A stretch of DNA of 64,000 bases, taken from the NCBI GenBank assembly GCA_951406725.2, contig OX597820.1, forward strand, positions 34,038,001-34,102,000, read 5' to 3'. This stretch comes from Octopus vulgaris (Eukaryota). Position numbers and translations under genes: made by a program. Positions 56,396 to 64,000 of this stretch are shown in pieces; position 1 is the stretch's first letter; every line of letters begins with the position of its first letter. Under the pieces are notes generated by a model, which was not told the DNA's origin, made no database searches, and worked only from the letters and a program-made list of their open reading frames with translations.

Positions 56396-56721
56396 ACATA
56401 TATTCGTCTTAACCCATTGCTATTTAGGTCAAGCCAACTCTTGTGGAGCAGACCTGTGATAGAACAAGTTATTCCGACCGTGACAGTACTTTCTTTTCAC
56501 CTGACAATGTACATAGGATGACATAACCTAATATATCCTTTCTTTTCCTTAGGTATTCACCTTATAAAACAAGGGTGTAGTTTGGAGGCGATTTGAACTC
56601 CTTTCTAGTAGGTCGAAACGATTATCTCTCATTTGCTGGGTCATATTAAGCTATAGATATATATATATATGTATTAATAATAATAATATTAGGGAATAAT
56701 AATAATGTATGTATATATGTG

Positions 56722-56969
56722 TGGAGGTGCGTGGCTTAGTGGTTAGGGTGTCAGCGTCATGATCGCAAGATTGTGGTTTCGATTCCTGGACCGGGTGACA
56801 GTGGTGTTCTTGAACAAAACACTTCATTTCATGTTGCTCCAGTCCACTCACCTGGTAAAAATGAGTAACGCTGCGATGGACTGGCGTCCCGTCCAGCTGG
56901 GGATCACATACGCCATTGAAACTGGGAAACCGGGCCCATGAGCATGGTTAGGCTTTAAAAAGGCGCATT

Positions 56970-56972
<3 letters not shown>
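56722..56972 (+). mobile_element. tRNA-head SINE with CORE-like and V-domain-like segments
   Basis: TGGCTTAGTGGTTAGG..GGTTTCGATTCC head; GTGTTCTTGAACAAAACACTT; CTGCGATGGACTGGCGTCCCGTCCAG (V-SINE-like, recalled from memory). Confidence 0.7.
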
Positions 56973-57033
<61 letters not shown>

Positions 57034-57134
57034 CAGTAAACACATAAATGTGAAACACGGTGGAAAAAAGAGTACTCAAATACCAGTGGTAGAGTAATAT
57101 GCTTTATTTAAAGCAGCAGAAAATTCAACAAAAC

Positions 57135-57172
57135 CTGTTACTCTGAGTTTCCCATTGTCGTTCATCGGACAG
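57135..57172 (-). ncRNA. Variant minimal hammerhead motif in a ~160-bp element (57032-57190) flanked by (TA)n
   Basis: CUGU-CCGAUGA-ACGACAAUGG-GAAA-CUCAGAG-UA-ACAG; decayed relative at about 8480-8600. Confidence 0.6.
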
Positions 57173-57456
57173 TTTTTGCTAAAAACTGTGTATATATATA
57201 TATATATATATACATATACACTCACATACACACATACAGATACACATGCACAAACATACATTCACACACTCACATATTTACATACGTGCACACATATGTA
57301 TGTATATTATCTACATGTCTATCTATCCATCTATCTATCTATCTATCTATGTCTGTCTGTCTATCTATCAATCAATCTACCTGTCTGTCCATCCATCCCT
57401 TGAAACAAGTAAAAGAATAAAAGAATTTATGGACACACAGACAAATATCAAACAAT

Positions 57457-57982
57457 ATCTGCAACAACAACAGTTTAGCTATGTTTTCACCAATTCAGTG
57501 CACCATATGCTTCTAGCATGCAGACAACATGCATCTAGCATTACGCAATTGCTCTTGCACCTGTTAGTCTTTACACTAATTGACACCGATCCACCCCTTA
57601 CATTTGAAATACTGCTACTTCTTTCTCCTCCACCCTGACCTCTATGCCATCCCATTACTGAATTTAAAAGACAACATTGCCACCTCTACCACCACCACCA
57701 CCACCACCACCATCATCATCATCATCTGCAACAACAACAGTTTAGCTATGTTTTCACCAATTCAGTGCACCATATGCTTCTAGCATGCAGACAACATGCA
57801 TCTAGCATTACGCAATTGCTCTTGCACCTGTTAGTCTTTACACTAATTGACACCGATCCACCCCTTACATTTGAAATACTGCTACTTCTTTCTCCTCCAC
57901 CCTGACCTCTATGCCATCCCATTACTGAATTTAAAAGACAACATTGCCACCTCTACCACCACCACCACCACCACCATCATCA
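57457..57982. repeat. 267-bp tandem duplication
   Basis: ATCTGCAACAACAACAGTTTAGC..CACCACCATCATC occurs at 57457 and 57724, essentially identical. Confidence 0.92.
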
Positions 57983-58572
57983 CCATTACAACCATCATTA
58001 ACATCATCATCACCACCATTAACAGCACTATCATCACAACATTATCATGACCACAATCACCAGCAGCACCACTACCATCATAACCACCATCATCAACATC
58101 ACCAACACTATCATTGATACCATCATTAACATCACCACTCTCATACCACCACCACCACCACCACCACTACCACCATTACAACTACCACAAACATCTTCAA
58201 AAGTCTTTTGTTGAACACTAAAAGTAATAAAGAAAGTGGCTCTCATTGTTACCCACAATGCATGTTAATTGTGGGGAGCAGTGGTAGTGGTGATAGAGGG
58301 GATACACTGGGGGGTAGTATTGGAAGTGATGTTTGCTGCAGTGGTGGTATTGGTAATAGTTGTGTTGATGTAATAGTTATAGCAATAGGCGTGGCTGTAT
58401 GGTAAGAAGTTTAATTCCCAATTGCATGATTCTGGGTTCAGTCCCACTGCATGGCACCTTGAGCAAGTGTCTTCTACTATAACCTTGAGTTAACCAAAGT
58501 CTTGTGAATAGATTGGGTAGACAGAAACTGAAAGTAACCCATCGTGTGTACGTGTGTGTATACACACACACA

Positions 58573-58629
<57 letters not shown>

Positions 58630-58818
58630 CTCTCTCTCTCTATATATATATATAGAGAGAGAGATGTGTGTATTTTCCCCTTGTTAACAATTAATATGGA
58701 AAAAATATATAAATAGTTACCAGGGTAGCAAAAATTCACACAAGTAAAAAGGTTGTAACTCCTTGTTTTTAAAGGTAGAAACTTCGAGTTTACGTGAAAT
58801 ATTTGTTATATATATATA

Positions 58819-59005
58819 CTAGCAGTATCGCTTGCTCAGGTTGTAGAAATAACTATAAAGCATTTTTGAGAGTTATAGCCAAAAAATAGAAAAAATTGAT
58901 GGTAAATTTTTTTTGAGATGGGGAGTTGTCCCAGACAGTATTTTGTATTTATCGATTTTTCATATATATATAAATGGAGTTGTGTGTCAACATCAGAATG
59001 GTTGA
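58819..59005 (-). mobile_element. Deletion-riddled copy of the 53608 Helitron
   Basis: CTAGCAGTATCGC..ATAACTATAAAGCATTTTT.GAGAGTTATAGCCAAAA is the reverse complement of the Helitron 3' end. Confidence 0.8.
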
Positions 59006-59045
59006 GCATTTAACTCCATATAAATGGAGTTAACCACATTTAACT

Positions 59046-59075
<30 letters not shown>

Positions 59076-59080
<5 letters not shown>

Positions 59081-59270
59081 ATCCAAACAAGAAAACACAG
59101 AAAAAAACACAGCAACGCGAGGACGTGGAACAATTAAAGTATTATTTGACACTCAGGAAAGAAGGGAAGGAGGGTTTAACGTTTCGAGCGGAGCTCTTCG
59201 TTGGAAACAAAGGAGAAGGAAAGATCCCGAGAAGGGAAGACAGAGGAAAAAAATATTTTTGCTGGTGGTA
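59076..59270 (-). mobile_element. pLTR-like element with a hammerhead variant (59174-59208); inverted sister copy at about 63525-63704
   Basis: GUUU-CC(A/G)ACGA-A-GAGC-UCC-GCUC-GAAACGUU-AAAC; both copies end GGATTAAC-(TA)n. Confidence 0.75.
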
Positions 59271-59323
<53 letters not shown>

Positions 59324-62300
59324 CATCATCATTTAGCGCCCGCTCTCCATGCTTGCATGGGGTGACTGGTAATAAAGTCACATGAAAAAAGTCACAATTT
59401 TGGTTAGGGAATAAAGTCACAATTATTTTATGGGATCTGGACAAAACCCCCATGACTTTATTACTGTGACTTATTTTACCTGGATATAAATACACACATA
59501 CACGAAATGGTTGTGGTAGTGGTAGTAATGGCTGTTGTAGTTGTCGTCATGACACTAATGGTTGTTGTTGCTGTTGTAGTGGTGGTGGTTGTTGTATGAA
59601 GTGGTCATGTTAATTTCTACCACTTCCTCATCTTCATAACTTCCTTCCTATTGCTGTAATATAGAACATTGCTCAATCCATCTTCGGATCATTTTATTAG
59701 CATATCGCAATTTCTATGCAGACAGATTGTTAACCTTTCTGAACCCTTTTACAATTATTCTGAATTTCTACATGCTCAATCCAAATCTTGCTGAAGTTAT
59801 AGACTGGCAGAACCGAAAGAATATGTCAAAACCACAAATGATCCTCAATATAAGAGCTGATGATGGGATGTCTATGTTTATTTACGTAATATCTCTCTTG
59901 TAACGATTGTTTATGTTGTTGTATTTTTGGTTTATTACGTTGTGTAGTTTTCTGTTTTTCAGCATTTTCCTGTTATCCCTAATTGTAGCCTTAAGTATAG
60001 AGGGTTCTTTCACAGTATTGTAAAGGTCAAGATGTGTTTTGTCATGTAAGTCACAGAAGCACCAGATATAACTGTACTAATTTATAAGCTGGGATATGAT
60101 CTTGCACAACTATCATTTATGACTGTCTTGGTTTTGCAACATCTACTAAGTTATAACTTATATCATTCACACTAACAGGAGATATGACTACTAACTAAAA
60201 ACTTGGGACTATTATACTCTGGCATAACTTAAATCCTTAAAAATGTTATAGCCCGAAGGCCGCGGCCATAACTGTCAATAACGACTATATCAAATTTGCA
60301 ATATCTACAAATTTTGGCATGGGGTCAGCAGTTTTTGAGGGGAGGGGGAAATTGATTAGATTGACATCAATATTTGACTGGTTCTTATTTTATTGACTTT
60401 CAAAAGGATTAAAGGCAAAGATGACCATGACAGAATTTGAACTCAGAGCACAACGACTGATGAAACGCTACCAAGCATTTTGCCTGACATGCCAAAAGTG
60501 CTGCCAACTTGCCACCTTATAACTGATGATGACGATGATTATGATGATGATGACAATGATGACAACACCGGAAATGACGGTACTAATTTATCAGTTATGA
60601 CTAAATTAAAATTGCAATATCTACCAGGTTATAACTGATATCATTCCCAGTACGTTAGATATGACTATACTAACTATTTCACAAAGGACTATAATCTATG
60701 TGACCACAATCTATTAGTTATAACAAGAATGAATAATACACTTATCAGTGATGCCTACCAATAAGAAGCAGTAGCTACCAGTTATGACCGGATTAAAACA
60801 TACAGCTCACCAGTAATAGTGGTGCTTAGTTTTACTGCCATCTAGTTGACAGCAGGGACCAACAGCAGCAACCGTTTACTTCTGTATTCAGATATACTTG
60901 GAGAGTTCTACAGACAGATATTGATTTAGTTGTGTCAAAGAAATATATGATACCATTCCATAGAACTTTTGCTTTGATCTCGTCATCATCAATCAAAACT
61001 GATTCACAACTAAACTGGCATTTTCAGATATGATTGCACTCCCCCCCCCACACACACACCACAAATATTTTCTTTATGTGTAAATCTATTCAAGATTCAT
61101 TTTTTCCATTCATTTATTTCATACAGACACTGATCATATCCCCCAACAAATTTCTAATAAGTTGTTGAGCACTCTCAGCTAATGGATGCTTTAATTAGTC
61201 ATATAATGATGTGCCATGTGAGGTTTGTGTGTGTCTCTTTACCATCTCTCTCTCGCTATCTGTCTGTCTAATAATAATAAATATAAATATGGCCAAGTGG
61301 TTAGGGCATTGCACTCATGATCACAAGATCGTGGTTTCAATTCCTAGACTGGGTGCTGCATTGTGTTTTTGAATAAGATACTTCATCTCACATTGCTCTG
61401 ATATATGGGGCACTGTGCAATCACTTTTCTATGCTTGTATAAGTCAGATGGTATTTGTTGAGGCAAATTTTTTACTGCTGGACATGTTTTCCTTTTAGAC
61501 TGGCAACAAACAACATCACTTATAGGATGGTAACATCACACAATGTCAAGATAAGGAGACTCAAAAGCCCCCCCCCACACACACACATGATGGCTTCTTT
61601 CTGGCTTTTGTATACCATATCCACTCACAGAGCTTTGGTTGGTCCTGGGCTGTTGTAGAAAATACCGGATCTTTGACCATATGGTCCAGAAATAAACTTA
61701 ACTACACAGTCCCCCCACCACACACACACACACAAAATATATAGGTACAGGTTTTAGAAAAATTAACCGTAAGCACATTTGTTGAAAATATATTAGCTGA
61801 AAGACAGTCACAGAATTCACTGATGATATATTCATAAAAAGACAATTTATTTGAAAGACAAATTTACAGTAAAGATATTAGCTGAAAATAACATTGAACA
61901 ATCATAAAAATTTTACTATTTTGCAAAAACATTGGTTAAAAAAAATAGTGTTATGATTTATTAATAGCTGAATCATCTGCTATTATGTCTTAAAGTCCTA
62001 AAATTTAGAAATTGTTAATTTACAAATCAGGACTTATAGATTGCACATAAACTGCAAAAATTTGATATCAGACTAAGGCAGTTATTTACGATAATCATAT
62101 AATATAAATATTTGTGTCACAAAATCATCAGTGTCCTTCAGAAAGACATGCTAGATATATCGTAGTTAATTGAGGTCAACTACTTATGCATTAGTCAAAT
62201 ACTAGTGTCCATTGATTGTCTTGGTCAAGTGCCAATGTTAGAAATAGCTGTTGTAAGGGTGATGTGTGGCGTGGCAATGAATTTGTACATCAGTAGCAGT

Positions 62301-63524
62301 AGCTAGGACTGCGCAGAGCTCCAGTATCTGCTTGGCATGATTTCTCTATCTGGATGTCATTCCTAACACCAACCACTTTACAGAGTGTACTGGGCACTTT
62401 TAATGTGACAGCAGAACCTAGTGAGGTCATCAAATAACTCTCATGACAAGGGAAAAGACTCCTCCACTGAGTGAGGTTGAGAGACTAAAGTATGATAGAG
62501 CGATATCTAAAGACATGGGCACACTGGCAGTTGCTTAGGGGCTCTCATGGGTCTAGGACAGTGGTTCTCAACTGGAGTCCACATGGCCCTTAGGGGTCCA
62601 CATAAGATTTTTGTTAACATTTCTGAGCAATAAATAGCTTATATTTTAACAATTTTAAAATACAATTCCTAATAATATTTAATAATAAAAATATAATAGA
62701 AATTTTGTAAATATTGAATGGCTGGGCACACACTGGCTGCTTTTACATAGAAACCATGCCAAATCAAACTGGAGCCTGATGCGGCTTCTCAGCTTCCCAG
62801 CTCTGGTCAAACTATCCAACCCATGCCAGCATGGAAAACAGACATTAAATGATGACAATACATGTATGCATGCATTCTTGTGTGTATGTGTGTATTAGAA
62901 ATATTCATTGCAAGTACTACTAAAGGAGATAAAATATTCAAATGTTTTATTGTGCTGAGTGCAAATGAACATACCACACATAACGAACACACACACCAGT
63001 CCGACATCATGCCTGTCACCAAACCTCACTTGGTTTTTCAAATAGGTTATTTTTATTCCGGAGGAATTTGAAAGTGTAGAGGTAGTAGGTGATTTGTTGA
63101 CAGGAAATGTCAACAAATGCCACCAGTTGCAACCCAACCACAAACAGTGATGTTGCCCTTCATAGACAAAGCACAGCATAGCTTTCTAAACATTGACACA
63201 GACACACATGTACACACACATGCACACACACACACACACACAGACACATTCATACACATACACGATGGGCCATTTTCAGTTTCTGTCTAACAAGTTCCCA
63301 CAAAAGCATTTCTTGGCCTGAAACTATAGTAAAAGTCACTTGCTCAAGATGCCGTGCAGTGGGACTGAACCTGAAACCATGTGGTTGAGAAGTGAGCTGC
63401 CTAATCACACAGCCAAACCTGTGCCCCCCCCCCCCCCACACACACACTCAGATACATATATTTATTTATTATACATACATACGTACATACTTACATACAC
63501 ACATACATACATAGACCTCGTGTG

Positions 63525-63704
63525 TACCGTTGGCAATTTTTTTTCCTCTGTCTTCCCTTCTCTGGATCTTTCCTTCTCCTATGTTTCCGACGAAGAGCTC
63601 CACTTGAAAAGTTAAACCCTCCTTCTTTCCTGAGTGTCCAATAATACTATATTTGTTCCATGTCCTCGCGTTGTGTTTTTTTGTGCTTTCTTGTTTGGAT
63701 TAAC
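63525..63704 (+). mobile_element. pLTR-like element with a decayed hammerhead variant (63583-63617)
   Basis: Aligns to the reverse complement of 59076-59270; core CCGACGA-A-GAGCTCCACTT-GAAAAGTT-AAAC. Confidence 0.75.
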
Positions 63705-64000
63705 TATATATATATATATATATATATGTTTATATATACACATTATTCATGATGATGTTGATAATATATATATATAAATATACAACCACATGGTCCTGAG
63801 TTCAGTCCCACTGCATAGCACCTTGGGCAAGTGTCTTCTACTATAGCCTCGGGCTGACCAAAACCTTGTGAGTGGATTTGGTAGATAGAAACTGAAAGAA
63901 GCCCATCATATATATATATGTGTGTGTTTGTGTGTGCGTGTGTGTATCCCACCCACCATCGCTTGACAACCGATGCCAATGTGTTTATGTCTCTGTAACT

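Overview
Eukaryotic, AT-rich, microsatellite-dense intronic DNA. The repeat families and the TBC1D gene point to an invertebrate, most likely an octopus (inferred from recognising the repeats, not from a search). One clear protein-coding exon (3427-4080, minus strand) encodes the split second PTB domain of a TBC1D1/TBC1D4 (AS160) Rab-GAP. A second minus-strand exon (36740-37300) carries a start codon and splices in frame to it, probably as an alternative N-terminus lacking PTB1. The rest is mobile-element debris: several SINE families, RTE, CR1 and Tx1-type LINE ends, a Penelope-like GIY-YIG fragment, hAT and Tigger-type elements, non-autonomous Helitrons, and a 2.6-kb (TA)n tract. The most notable unannotated signal is a set of short (about 150-320 bp) elements next to microsatellites. 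They carry minimal type-I hammerhead-ribozyme folds with palindromic stem III and a range of variant catalytic cores, and look like Penelope pLTR- or retrozyme-like elements. Almost all ORFs in the supplied track are microsatellite or SINE artefacts.
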